Positions 7,677-16,911 of a DNA stretch of 49,998 nucleotides are shown in pieces (positions within the stretch are counted from its first letter, which is position 1; each line of letters begins with the position of its first letter). The stretch is taken from positions 1 to 49,998 of the forward strand of contig JANNJV010000509.1 in the NCBI GenBank assembly GCA_031395945.1, given 5' to 3'. Below the pieces are notes generated by a model. That model was not told the DNA's origin. It saw only the letters and a program-made list of their open reading frames with translations, and did no database searches. Origin of the DNA: Gemmatimonadota bacterium. Its GTDB lineage: Bacteria; Gemmatimonadota; Gemmatimonadetes; Gemmatimonadales; Gemmatimonadaceae. A program made the position numbers and the translations under genes.

Positions 7677-9260
7677 ATGGATCAATCCGCGACCTTCGCG
7701 CGCCACTTCGCCAGACTCGTTTCGTTGTTGATGCATGAAGTCAGCAACGTCGACGAGCAGAAGGTGACGTTGCGGGCGCTCGTGGCCCTAAGCAAGAATG
7801 GGCCGGTGACGCTATCGGTGCGCGAGTTGGATCTGCTGGCGAACGGCAAACCGGTCCCCGGCGCGCTCACGGGAGTGCAGGACGTCGCGGCGCAGATGTC
7901 CGCTCAATCGATCCGGGCAATGCGTATCGACGTTGATTCAGTACCCGCGGACTTGCTGGGACTGGCGCGCATCATCGCCACACAATCACCGCCGGGAGAC
8001 GGCGGTGCGCACGTCAGCCAAAAATTCGAGGCGCTCGGCGCGGAAACCATCGAGCTGGTGCTGACGCAAGGTGACATCGCTCCAGTGCCAGTGGTGGCTG
8101 CGTCAGCCGCGGCTTCCGCGCCGGCACCGGCTACTCCGACGAGCATTACGCCTTCAGATGCCCCCACGGTGCTTGCACCCAAGGAAGGGAAAACGGCGGC
8201 GGAAGCAATGGCGGCGCGGTTGGGGCAGGACGCCCCGACGCTGCTCACGCATCTCGCCGGAGCTGACGTGTCCAAGTGGGTCCCGGCTGAGCTGATCGCC
8301 GTGCTCGATGCCGCGAAGACGCCGGATGCCGCGACCAAAGCCCTCGACGATCTTGTCAGCATCGCCGAGCATTCGGTGCGAGTCGGGAAATCCATGGCGG
8401 TTGGCGACGTCCTGCACGGCGTCATCACTCGTGAGTCAAAGGCCTCGGCCCCGGACGTGAAGCGCGCGTACGTACTCGCCATCCGCCGGATGTCGAAGCC
8501 AGCGATTCTGCGTGCAGTGGCTGCCCTCATTCCGAAAAAGCCGGAACGGCGCCAGCACTTTTTCGAAGTGCTGGTGCGCACCGGCGAGGACGGCGCGGAC
8601 GCCCTCATCGAGCAGGTGACACAGGCACAAACGACGGAGGACAGAAAATCCCTCTTCGATGTCCTGACCGAACTCGATTCCGCGGTCCCGGCTCTCATTC
8701 GTATGCTGGGCGACTCGCGCTGGTTCGTAGCGCGAAATGCCGCCGATCTTCTGGGTGAGATGACCGCGCGGGCCGCGGAAAGCGCTCTGATCGCTCTGCT
8801 CCGCCACACCGACGACCGAGTGCGTCGGTCCGCGACGAACGCGCTGCTCAAGCTGGGTACGCCGGATGCGCTGAAGGGGATTTACGAGGCGGTCAGCGAC
8901 AACTCGCCCGAGGTACGCATGCAGGCGGCAGTCGCGCTGTCCACCAAGAAGGACGCCAGGACATCCACGACCCTCATTCGCGCCATCGAAGACGAGACGG
9001 ACGGCGACGTTCAACTGGCGATGATCGCGGCGTTGGGTCGGGTAGCCACCGCGGACGCGGTCCTGAAGCTCGTGAAAATGGCGGAGCCCGAAGGGCGGCT
9101 CTTCCGGAAAAAGGCGATCAATATTCGCGTCGCGGCGGTGCAAGCGCTCGGGGAGGCGAAGACGCCGGCGGCGCTCAGCGCCTTGCGCGAGTTGGCCGGC
9201 GACAAGGACCGTGACGTGCGCGATACCGCGACGCGGGCACTTGCGCACACCAGCCGCTAA
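7677..9260 (+). CDS. HEAT-repeat (PBS-lyase type) protein with an unknown N-terminal half
   Basis: The C-terminal half has repeated units: LGDSRWFVARNAADLLGEM, LLRHTDDRVRRSATNALLKLG, DNSPEVRMQAAVALS, DGDVQLAMIAALGRV, NIRVAAVQALGEA, DKDRDVRDTATRALA. Confidence 0.8.
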   Translation: MDQSATFARHFARLVSLLMHEVSNVDEQKVTLRALVALSKNGPVTLSVRELDLLANGKPVPGALTGVQDVAAQMSAQSIRAMRIDVDSVPADLLGLARIIATQSPPGDGGAHVSQKFEALGAETIELVLTQGDIAPVPVVAASAAASAPAPATPTSITPSDAPTVLAPKEGKTAAEAMAARLGQDAPTLLTHLAGADVSKWVPAELIAVLDAAKTPDAATKALDDLVSIAEHSVRVGKSMAVGDVLHGVITRESKASAPDVKRAYVLAIRRMSKPAILRAVAALIPKKPERRQHFFEVLVRTGEDGADALIEQVTQAQTTEDRKSLFDVLTELDSAVPALIRMLGDSRWFVARNAADLLGEMTARAAESALIALLRHTDDRVRRSATNALLKLGTPDALKGIYEAVSDNSPEVRMQAAVALSTKKDARTSTTLIRAIEDETDGDVQLAMIAALGRVATADAVLKLVKMAEPEGRLFRKKAINIRVAAVQALGEAKTPAALSALRELAGDKDRDVRDTATRALAHTSR

Positions 9261-9299
9261 CTGCCGGTCCAGCACTCGGCCGCCGACGCGGGGCCGCTT

Positions 9300-10370
9300 C
9301 TATCTCGCCGTAAAGTCCGTTTTTGCGTCCACCATGTGGCACACCTCGGCGACCAGCTCCGCCGTATGGTCCACGTCGTCGAGGCTCACCATCTCGTTCG
9401 GCGAGTGCATGTAGCGGTTAGGGATCGAGACGAGCGCGGTGGCTACGCCCTCCTGCGCGATATAGATGGCGTCGGCGTTGGTGGCGGTGTCGCGACCGGC
9501 CGCATGGACGGTGAACGGGATACTCTTGGCGCGCGCGGCAGCGCGTAACAACTCGAAGACCACCGGCGACAGTAGCGCGCCGCGGCTCAATACCGGTCCG
9601 CTGCCCAGGCTGTGATCGCCGATCTCCTTTTTCTCGATGTCGGGATGGTCCGTGGCGAACGTCACGTCGATCACGATTGCCATTTTTGGTTTGACGGCAT
9701 TCGCGGCGACCAACGCGCCACCGCCGGTCCATGCGATTTCTTCCTGGGTGGTGGCGGCGGCGACAACCCGGGCGGATCCAGGTCGCGCCGCGTAGCGGCG
9801 TAGCGCTTCGAGTGCGGCGAAGGCGCCGATGCGGTCGTCGATGGAGCGCGAAACGATACGGTTGTTGGGAAAATCGTGTGCGCGGGAATCGATAACGCCG
9901 GCGTCCCCTACCGACACGCGCACCTCGGCCTCAGCGCGGTTCTTCGCGCCAATGTCCACCCAGAGGTCCGCGAACTTCACGGACCGCTTGCGGTCGCTCT
10001 CCTTGGCGAGATGGATGGGCTTCCTGCCAACGAGTCCGATGACGTCGCCGCCGGGCGCGAGAAGTCGAATACGTTGACCGACCAGAACCTGCGCGTCCCA
10101 CCCGCCAATCGGCGAGATGAACAGGAACCCTTCGTCATCGATGTAATGCACGATCACACCGATCTCGTCGATGTGTCCGTCGACGAGGATGGTGGGGCTA
10201 CCGCCGGGATTGATCTCGGCGATGCAGTTGCCGGCCACGTCCACCGTGAGGCGGTCTGCGAACGTTTCCGCCTCGGCGCGCCACGCCCGGCCTGCCAGCG
10301 TTTCGAATCCGGATGGGCCGGGGGCGTCGAGCAGCCGCTTGAGGAACGCGATCGCTTCCTCAGAAAACAT
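9300..10370 (-). CDS. M42 family metallo-aminopeptidase (FrvX/glutamyl aminopeptidase-like)
   Basis: 356 aa, LLDAPGPSGFE...VDGHIDEIG...DDRIGAFAALEAL...TTQEEI...D family pattern. Confidence 0.85.
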   Translation of the reverse strand: MFSEEAIAFLKRLLDAPGPSGFETLAGRAWRAEAETFADRLTVDVAGNCIAEINPGGSPTILVDGHIDEIGVIVHYIDDEGFLFISPIGGWDAQVLVGQRIRLLAPGGDVIGLVGRKPIHLAKESDRKRSVKFADLWVDIGAKNRAEAEVRVSVGDAGVIDSRAHDFPNNRIVSRSIDDRIGAFAALEALRRYAARPGSARVVAAATTQEEIAWTGGGALVAANAVKPKMAIVIDVTFATDHPDIEKKEIGDHSLGSGPVLSRGALLSPVVFELLRAAARAKSIPFTVHAAGRDTATNADAIYIAQEGVATALVSIPNRYMHSPNEMVSLDDVDHTAELVAEVCHMVDAKTDFTAR

Positions 10371-10375
10371 CGGAG

Positions 10376-10824
10376 TCAGGTCTCGCGACGGACCGGAAAT
10401 GCCGCGAAGCTCACCAGCAGGAGGCCTAACCCCGCGGCGAACCAGCTGGCGTCATCCGTCAAGCCGTAATAAGCAATGCCGAACCACGCGATCATCTGGC
10501 CCAACAGCCAACCTTCCAACACCTCGGGAATGCGGGATACAGTGCGTCGCCGTTGAACAAATCGACTGTGGAGGACCTTAATGTCCAGAATCTGGACAAT
10601 GGCGTAGAGCCAGGTCATGATACCGACGGCGCGCAGCTTCGTCACAAGGTGGGTCCCCTGTGGGACAAGCCCTACACTAAAGCTGACCCAGACCAACAGG
10701 CCGACGAAGAGGGTTAACCCCAGAATCACTGACCGGATGCCGTGCAGTCGATCGGGCGTGAGCCATGGAGCCACCGGCGTACCGGAAGCTGTTGTGATTG
10801 AAGGACTTGGCGCAATGTGACTCA
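10376..10824 (-). CDS. Four-TM membrane protein (hypothetical)
   Basis: Only the C-terminal ~150 aa of track ORF 10376..11134 look coding. They contain four hydrophobic segments. The upstream part crosses a lower-GC promoter-like region and overlaps the lipoprotein gene. GTG at 10824 is my proposed start, and it is uncertain. Confidence 0.55.
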
Positions 10825-10962
10825 CGTTACGGCTCCAATTGGCTCGCGCGACTAATATACTGGCGTTCGCAGGACCTAGGGCAAGTCGGCAGGCACGAGT
10901 TAAGCAGAAGGTCGTCCCTGTCGATACATTAATTGACCAACATCCCCGTTTTGGGAGGCTCC

Positions 10963-11235
10963 ATGGGCTGGAAGAAGGCTCTATTCTTTGGTGGTGCGGT
11001 ACTCGTGCTCGCCGCGTGCTCTGACAGCGCGACGGCTCCATCCGCAATGCGCCAAATGAGTGCTCCCGCGACTGCTGCGTGGGGCCTGCCGACGTCGACG
11101 ACGACGACGAGCGGAACCACTTTGGTACCGACACCGAACCCGATCATCGGTCCGATCTGTAACGGATTCGTGATTCGCACGGGCGAAGAATCAGCTGCGG
11201 CACCAGTAACGACCTGTATCGCGACCGACTGGTAG
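10963..11235 (+). CDS. Small secreted lipoprotein (hypothetical)
   Basis: Internal ATG at 10963, preceded by GGAGG (10954-10958). Signal peptide with lipobox MGWKKALFFGGAVLVLAAC. Followed by a strong hairpin terminator. Confidence 0.7.
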   Translation: MGWKKALFFGGAVLVLAACSDSATAPSAMRQMSAPATAAWGLPTSTTTTSGTTLVPTPNPIIGPICNGFVIRTGEESAAAPVTTCIATDW

Positions 11236-11259
11236 CCCGTAGTTCGACAGACTTTCAAG

Positions 11260-11292
11260 CGACCGCCGCGGATTCCGCGGCGGTCGTTTGCT
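11260..11292 (+). terminator. Rho-independent terminator between convergent genes
   Basis: Perfect 11-bp GC-rich stem gaccgccgcgg / ccgcggcggtc (11260-11270 and 11274-11284), 3-nt loop, then gtttgctt. Confidence 0.7.
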
Positions 11293-11301
11293 TAGGGATG
11301 G

Positions 11302-12978
11302 TCATTTCCCCTTTTCGAATACCGGCCGGCCCGCGATGTACGTGGCGATCACGTGCGTTCCGAGGATTGCTTCGGCCGACACGGTCATGATGTCGCGGTC
11401 GAGCATGACGAAATCCGCGTACTTGCCCGCCGACAGCGACCCCATCTCGCGCTCCTGAAACGCGGCGATGGCCGGCCAGATCGTGATGGACTTGAGGGCC
11501 TCGTCCCGGGTCATACGTTGATCGGGAAACCAGCCGCCGGTTGGCCAGTTGTTCTCGTCCTGGCGGGTTACGGCGGAGTGGAAGGTCTTGAGCGGGTCGA
11601 CGTCCTCGACCGGGAAATCGGTGCCGTTGGGGATGATCACTCCGGTATTCAGGAGCGAGCGCCAGGCGTATCCACCCAGTGAGCGGGAATAGCCCAGGCG
11701 GTTCGGCGCCCAATACATGTCGCTGGTCTGGTGCGTGGACTGCATGGAAGGAATGACATCGAGCTGGGCGAAGCGGGGTATGTCGTCGTGATGCAGGATC
11801 TGCGCGTGCTCGACGCGGAACCGATGATCGGGTATCGGGACTACCTTGAGCGCTTCGTCGAACGCGTCCAGGACGACGCGATTGCCGCGATCACCGATCG
11901 CGTGGACATTGAGTTGGAATCCGGCACGAAGCGCCCGCACCGCGACGTCCCTGATGCGCGCTTGCGGGGTGAGAATCAGACCCGAATGCGAGGGCTCGTC
12001 GGCATAGGGATCCAGGAGCGCCGCCCCGCGCGACCCGAGTGCGCCGTCGGCGCTGATCTTGATGGACCGGATCCAGATCTTTCCGTCGTACAGACCGCTT
12101 TGCGGGCCACGGCGGAAATAACGCGCCAGCGTGGAGTCGTCCTGCCGGATCATGACGTAGTTGCGAAGCGTGTATTGTCCCGCTCGCGCCAGGTCTTCGT
12201 AGACGTCGATGGTCGCGGCGTCCACACCAGCGTCGTGGACACTCGTGAGGCCAAAACGATTGACCTCTTTGATGGCGGTGAGCGTGGCGTCGCGCACCTG
12301 GTCTCGCGTCGCGGCGGGAATGCGCGATCCCACCAGCCCCATCGCGCGATCCACAAGGACTCCCGTCGGCTCGCCGGATGCGATCCGCTCGAGACGGCCG
12401 CCCTGCGGGTCGGCGGTCGTGGCGGTGACATTCGCGATTCTCATCGCGGTCGCGTTGGTGAGCGCGGCGTGGCCATCGACGCGAACCACATAGACGGGAT
12501 GATTGGGCACCGCGCGCGACAAGGCTTCATGCGAGGGAAGGCGCGTGTCCGGCCAGTCGTTCTGATCCCATCCGCGGCCAAGGATCCAGGTGCCGGCGGG
12601 AAGCTCACGCGCTTTCGCGGCGATCCGTTCAACCACCTCCTCATAGCTGCGCGCACCGACGAGATTCACCGACCGCAACGCCTGTCCAAGGCCCAGCAGG
12701 TGCACGTGCGCGTCCGCGATGCCGGGAATGATCGTCGCGCCGAACGCGTCGAGGACACGAGTTTGCGGGCCGCGTAACGAAAGCGCGCCGCGCGCAGATC
12801 CGACGAAGAGCACGCGTCCGCCGCGGACTGCCATGGCCTCGGCGAGCGGTCGTCCGTCGTCTACGGTGTAGATCCGCGCATTCGTGACGACGAGATCAGC
12901 GGAACTGGATGTCTGGCTCGTGGCCACCGCTGACGCGAGGCAGAGCAGGGATGTGGCGGAGATGGGAAGGAATCGCAT
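11302..12978 (-). CDS. Secreted metal-dependent amidohydrolase (Amidohydro_3 / YtcJ-like)
   Basis: PGIADAHVHLLGLG, GWDQNDW, VHAIGDRGN and HAQIL motifs. I prefer the start at ATG 12978 (MRFLPISATSLLCLASAVA signal peptide) over track start 13032, which overlaps the upstream gene. Confidence 0.88.
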   Translation of the reverse strand: MRFLPISATSLLCLASAVATSQTSSSADLVVTNARIYTVDDGRPLAEAMAVRGGRVLFVGSARGALSLRGPQTRVLDAFGATIIPGIADAHVHLLGLGQALRSVNLVGARSYEEVVERIAAKARELPAGTWILGRGWDQNDWPDTRLPSHEALSRAVPNHPVYVVRVDGHAALTNATAMRIANVTATTADPQGGRLERIASGEPTGVLVDRAMGLVGSRIPAATRDQVRDATLTAIKEVNRFGLTSVHDAGVDAATIDVYEDLARAGQYTLRNYVMIRQDDSTLARYFRRGPQSGLYDGKIWIRSIKISADGALGSRGAALLDPYADEPSHSGLILTPQARIRDVAVRALRAGFQLNVHAIGDRGNRVVLDAFDEALKVVPIPDHRFRVEHAQILHHDDIPRFAQLDVIPSMQSTHQTSDMYWAPNRLGYSRSLGGYAWRSLLNTGVIIPNGTDFPVEDVDPLKTFHSAVTRQDENNWPTGGWFPDQRMTRDEALKSITIWPAIAAFQEREMGSLSAGKYADFVMLDRDIMTVSAEAILGTHVIATYIAGRPVFEKGK

Positions 12979-12992
12979 CTCCAAATCAAAGA

Positions 12993-13727
12993 CTATCCGG
13001 GCAGCCGCGTCCAGATCACCACGGCGCCACACCCTGGATTCCCCATCCGGTTGTTGTACTCGGGAGGAATTCCGGATGCCCCTCGATAGACCTCCATCGC
13101 TTCGAGGTCGGTCAGCGGGACGTCGTCAACGTTGAGAAACGGAGCGCGCTGGCCGTCGATCCAGAAGTCCGGCGCGCAGTTGCTTCGCGCCATGCGGAGT
13201 TGGCTGCGCCCGTTGCGATCGGACATGATCCGCACGCCGGGAAGCCGCCGGAGCACATCACTGATGCGCTGGGCCCTCTTGGCTTCGAGTTCTTTTCGAT
13301 TGAAGAACACGCCATTGCCCACGTCGCGATGCCGGTAGAAGTCCGACAGGCGGATCCGCTCGATGGCATTGGTTTCCGTCGTCACGCCGGGCAGGTCCAC
13401 GGGAAGCATAGCGAGCACGACGTCCAGCGTATGCGTGCGTCCATCGACGAGGAGCACGGACAGATCCTGCGGGGCGAAGCCCAGCCGTCGGACGGAAAGC
13501 TTTGCGGGCCCCGCGGGCAGCCCGTCCAGGAGAAATTGGCCCGTGCTGTCCGACAGGCCGCGGACGCCTGACAGCGACACGGAGGCGCGAGGAACCGGGG
13601 ACCCACCGGTATCACGCACCGTTCCGATCACAATGGTCGGGACGGTTTGTGCGCTCGTGCCAGCAGCCATCATCGCGCAAAGCAGCAGGGGACGGCACAG
13701 CGAACCGGTATGCACACGGATTGACAT
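12993..13727 (-). CDS. CarboxypepD_reg domain plus TonB-receptor-plug-like domain protein (no beta-barrel)
   Basis: GTVRDTGGSPVPRASVSL..STGQFLLDGLPAGPAKLSVRRLGFAP (carboxypeptidase regulatory-like fold). C-terminal plug-like RISDVLRRLPGVRI...FWIDG...LEAMEVYRGASGIPPEY. SD-like GAGGTGG lies before the ATG at 13727. The track start is 13766. Confidence 0.8.
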   Translation of the reverse strand: MSIRVHTGSLCRPLLLCAMMAAGTSAQTVPTIVIGTVRDTGGSPVPRASVSLSGVRGLSDSTGQFLLDGLPAGPAKLSVRRLGFAPQDLSVLLVDGRTHTLDVVLAMLPVDLPGVTTETNAIERIRLSDFYRHRDVGNGVFFNRKELEAKRAQRISDVLRRLPGVRIMSDRNGRSQLRMARSNCAPDFWIDGQRAPFLNVDDVPLTDLEAMEVYRGASGIPPEYNNRMGNPGCGAVVIWTRLPG

Positions 13728-13816
13728 GACCACCTCGATCCCTCGAAAGCGGCCACCAGGCCGCACTGCAGACTATGCCCTTTCCACCGGGCCGCGGCAA
13801 GCGTAGCGAGCGGACG

Positions 13817-14425
13817 TCATCGGGTTCGCCGCAGCTCGATGGGCAGATAGTGACCGGCCCATTCGCGCGGTTCCGCGGGCAGCGTGGACTTGACCGCTTT
13901 GGCGATTGCATTGAGGGCTTCGCTATCGATGTTCGGAATCGAGACGCCCGCGGTCTTGTCGAGGAGCCGCTGGTAGACCAGGGGCTGCGGCGATGTGATC
14001 AGGAGGAGGTAGGTCACCGTGTTCGGCGGCAGTGGCGTCGGGCCCCGGATGCGAGCAGCTCTATTTCGCGTCGGGCGCGACCGGATGGTGTCCCGGGCAC
14101 GCGCAATTCGCTCTGAATCTGACTGTGCCAGCAGCGCGGGAATCTCGAAGGAGAGCGAATGGCTTCCGGCGCTGAGCTGATTGTTCGTGGTGGAATCGGG
14201 CGGATACAGGAGCGTCGTGCTGTGTCCCACGGCGACGAGCACCACCGTCGCGTACCCCGCCTGCGGCATCTGCACCATGATGCTGCGGGGTGGAACGGCG
14301 CTGTCCACCGCAACGATCTTTGGCTGGGCGACGGAGCCGTCGCTCAGCGTGCCGCCTGCGGGGGTTGTCGCGCAGGCCGCCGCTACGGCGATGACTCCGA
14401 TTGAACACACGAGCGCACTTCGCAC
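13817..14425 (-). CDS. Lipoprotein (hypothetical)
   Basis: GTG start preceded by AGGTGA. Signal and lipobox (M)RSALVCSIGVIAVAAAC. No domain recognised. Confidence 0.7.
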   Translation of the reverse strand: MRSALVCSIGVIAVAAACATTPAGGTLSDGSVAQPKIVAVDSAVPPRSIMVQMPQAGYATVVLVAVGHSTTLLYPPDSTTNNQLSAGSHSLSFEIPALLAQSDSERIARARDTIRSRPTRNRAARIRGPTPLPPNTVTYLLLITSPQPLVYQRLLDKTAGVSIPNIDSEALNAIAKAVKSTLPAEPREWAGHYLPIELRRTR

Positions 14426-14456
14426 GCATCACCTCTCGGTGCTACCGTAATAGACC

Positions 14457-16910
14457 ATGAGAACAACGACCTCGGCACGACTGGTGTCAACGTCTTGCGT
14501 CATCGCAATCCTGCTCATCGCGCGCACCGGTCACGCTCAAGCCGTTCCAGTGCCCGCCACGAGCATCGCGCTGAAAACTACAGGATTCGACCGCCGCGAT
14601 GGGTTCATCCCGGCGTACCTGGATGCCCGATCGGGAAGGCTGTTGCTGGAGCTGCCGCGCGACTCCACCCGGGCGCTCCTCCTTGTATCTCAGGCGACAG
14701 GCCTTGGTTCCAATCCCATCGGGATCGACCGTGGCGCCAGTGCCGACGACCAGGTGGTGCGCTTCGACCGGGAAGGCGATCGCGTTCTTGTGGTGTTCGA
14801 GAACTGGAAGTACCGCACGTCCGCGACAGCCAACGCCGACCATCGGCGAAGCGTGGTGGAAGCATTCCCGTCCAGCACCATTGCGGCGATGCCGATCCTC
14901 GCGGACGAGCAGGGACGGTTGCTGGTGGATGCCACGGATTTCGTGTTGCGGGACTGGACCGACGTTACCGGAACCGTCGCCCGCGCGCAGCAAGGAACGT
15001 ATGCCATCGCGCGCGACCGGTCCGGGATCAATCGCGCCTTGACGAAGGGATTCGCCGACAATACCGAGATCGACCTGACGCTTACATACGCGCTTTCGAG
15101 TGGCAGGCCGGGACCGATCATCGGACAGATCGTGCCTGACGGACGCGCATTCACATTGCGCCAGCATCTGACGCTGCACCGCCTGCCCGACGATACGTAC
15201 CGCCCGCGCGTGCTCGATCCGCGCGTGGGTTTTTTCGGGATCACGTTTCATGACTTCGCACGCCCCGTTCAGGAACCATTACAGGTCCGGTGGATCTCAC
15301 GTCACCGGCTGGAGCGCGTGAACCCGCGCGAACCCGGTTCCCCGTTCCGGGAGCCGATCGTGTATTACGTCGATCGCGGCATTCCTGAGCCGCTGCGCAC
15401 GGCGACGCTCGAGGGCGCAAAGTTCTGGGAGCAGGCGTTCGATCAGGCTGGGTTGCGGGGCGGATTCCGAGCCGAGTTGCTTCCGGAGGGCGCCGACCCG
15501 ATGGACGCGCGGTACAACGTGGTGCAATGGATCAATCGCCACGAGCGTGGCTGGTCGGTGGGCGGATCGTTGGGCGACGCCCGCACCGGCGAAATCCTCA
15601 AAGGCATGGCACGCATGGATTCCCATCGTGCGCGCACCGACTACAACCTGTACGCGGGGCTCATGGGCGCCGACCCTGCCGCCGCCGACACGGCGTTCGT
15701 GCTGGCCCGCGTCCGTCAAGTGACGGCGCACGAGATCGGACATACGTTGGGCCTGGGGCACAACTACATAGCGTCCACCTACGAGCGTGGCTCCGTGATG
15801 GACTACCCACCGCCGCGCGTGCGTCTGACCGCCGGCGGCGACATCGATATTGCAACGGCGTACGGAACGGGCCCGGGTCCATACGACGCCTGGGCGATCC
15901 GCTGGGGCTACGGCGTTTTTCCCGCCGAGAGTGAAGCCGACTCCCTGCGAGCCATCGTTGCTGACGGGTTGCGGCGCGGGTTTCTCTATCTCTCGGATGG
16001 TGACGCGCGGCCGGATTTTGCGTCCGACCCGCGGACGAATTTATGGGACGACGCCGCGACGGCCTCCGAGTTCCTGCGGCACCAGACCGACGTGCGGCGT
16101 GTGGCCATCCGGCGATTTGGGCTGCGCAATATCCGCGCGGGCGAACCGCTGGCGTTGCTGCAGGAGCGCTTCGCTCCCGTGTATTTCATGCACCGGTTTG
16201 CGCTCAATTCGCTGGCGAAGACCGTCGGCGGCATGGAGTACTCCAATCCGTTGCGCGGTGACGGACAGCAGGCGACGCGTCCGATTGGCCGCGCCCAGCA
16301 ATTGGCGGCGCTCCAGGCGCTGACCGCGGCGCTGCAGCCGGAAGAACTGGCAATCCCGGACACGGTGTTGGCGCTCATGGTCCCTGGCGCCGCCGGCGTG
16401 ACCCCACAAGTCGAGCTGTTCGGGACCCGCACCCGGCCCTCGTTCGACGAGCTTGGCGCCGCGCGAACGCTCGCGCAAATGGTCGTGGACATGCTGTTGC
16501 AGCGCGAGCGAGCAGCGCGACTGGTCCAGTTCGTGAATCGCCCCGGGCCGCAGCTCACGCTTGCCGCGCTCATCGACTCACTGGTGGATGCCACGTGGCG
16601 GCCCGCGCGGTCGTCGCCAAAGCTCGCGGCCTTGCAGCGCGTTACGCAGCGGTCGGTCATCGACCGGTTGATTCTGCTGGCGGCGGACTCAGTCGCGTCT
16701 CCCGAAGTGCGGGGTATCGTCGAGGTCAAGCTGGCCGACTTACGCATCAGAGCGCGCGCGCGTGGCGTCAGCGGTTCGGTTGAGGAGCGGGCACACTGGA
16801 TGAGCATTGTCCGGGACATCGAGCGGTGGACCGAGCATCGCGAGGTGCCACGCCTTACCCCGGCGCTGCTTGCGCCTCCAGGCGATCCCTTCGGCAGCCC
16901 GGATTCGTAG
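14457..16910 (+). CDS. Large secreted zinc metalloprotease (HEXXH; DUF5117/DUF4953-type)
   Basis: 817 aa with a signal peptide. Zinc site VTAHEIGHTLGLGHN followed by SVMDYPP. Confidence 0.88.
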   Translation: MRTTTSARLVSTSCVIAILLIARTGHAQAVPVPATSIALKTTGFDRRDGFIPAYLDARSGRLLLELPRDSTRALLLVSQATGLGSNPIGIDRGASADDQVVRFDREGDRVLVVFENWKYRTSATANADHRRSVVEAFPSSTIAAMPILADEQGRLLVDATDFVLRDWTDVTGTVARAQQGTYAIARDRSGINRALTKGFADNTEIDLTLTYALSSGRPGPIIGQIVPDGRAFTLRQHLTLHRLPDDTYRPRVLDPRVGFFGITFHDFARPVQEPLQVRWISRHRLERVNPREPGSPFREPIVYYVDRGIPEPLRTATLEGAKFWEQAFDQAGLRGGFRAELLPEGADPMDARYNVVQWINRHERGWSVGGSLGDARTGEILKGMARMDSHRARTDYNLYAGLMGADPAAADTAFVLARVRQVTAHEIGHTLGLGHNYIASTYERGSVMDYPPPRVRLTAGGDIDIATAYGTGPGPYDAWAIRWGYGVFPAESEADSLRAIVADGLRRGFLYLSDGDARPDFASDPRTNLWDDAATASEFLRHQTDVRRVAIRRFGLRNIRAGEPLALLQERFAPVYFMHRFALNSLAKTVGGMEYSNPLRGDGQQATRPIGRAQQLAALQALTAALQPEELAIPDTVLALMVPGAAGVTPQVELFGTRTRPSFDELGAARTLAQMVVDMLLQRERAARLVQFVNRPGPQLTLAALIDSLVDATWRPARSSPKLAALQRVTQRSVIDRLILLAADSVASPEVRGIVEVKLADLRIRARARGVSGSVEERAHWMSIVRDIERWTEHREVPRLTPALLAPPGDPFGSPDS

Positions 16911-16911
16911 G

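Noticed and set aside
7904-8851. 315-aa minus-strand ORF inside the HEAT-repeat gene
   Set aside because: Shadow ORF. The Ser/Ala/Arg-rich translation has no domain, while the plus frame has clear HEAT repeats.
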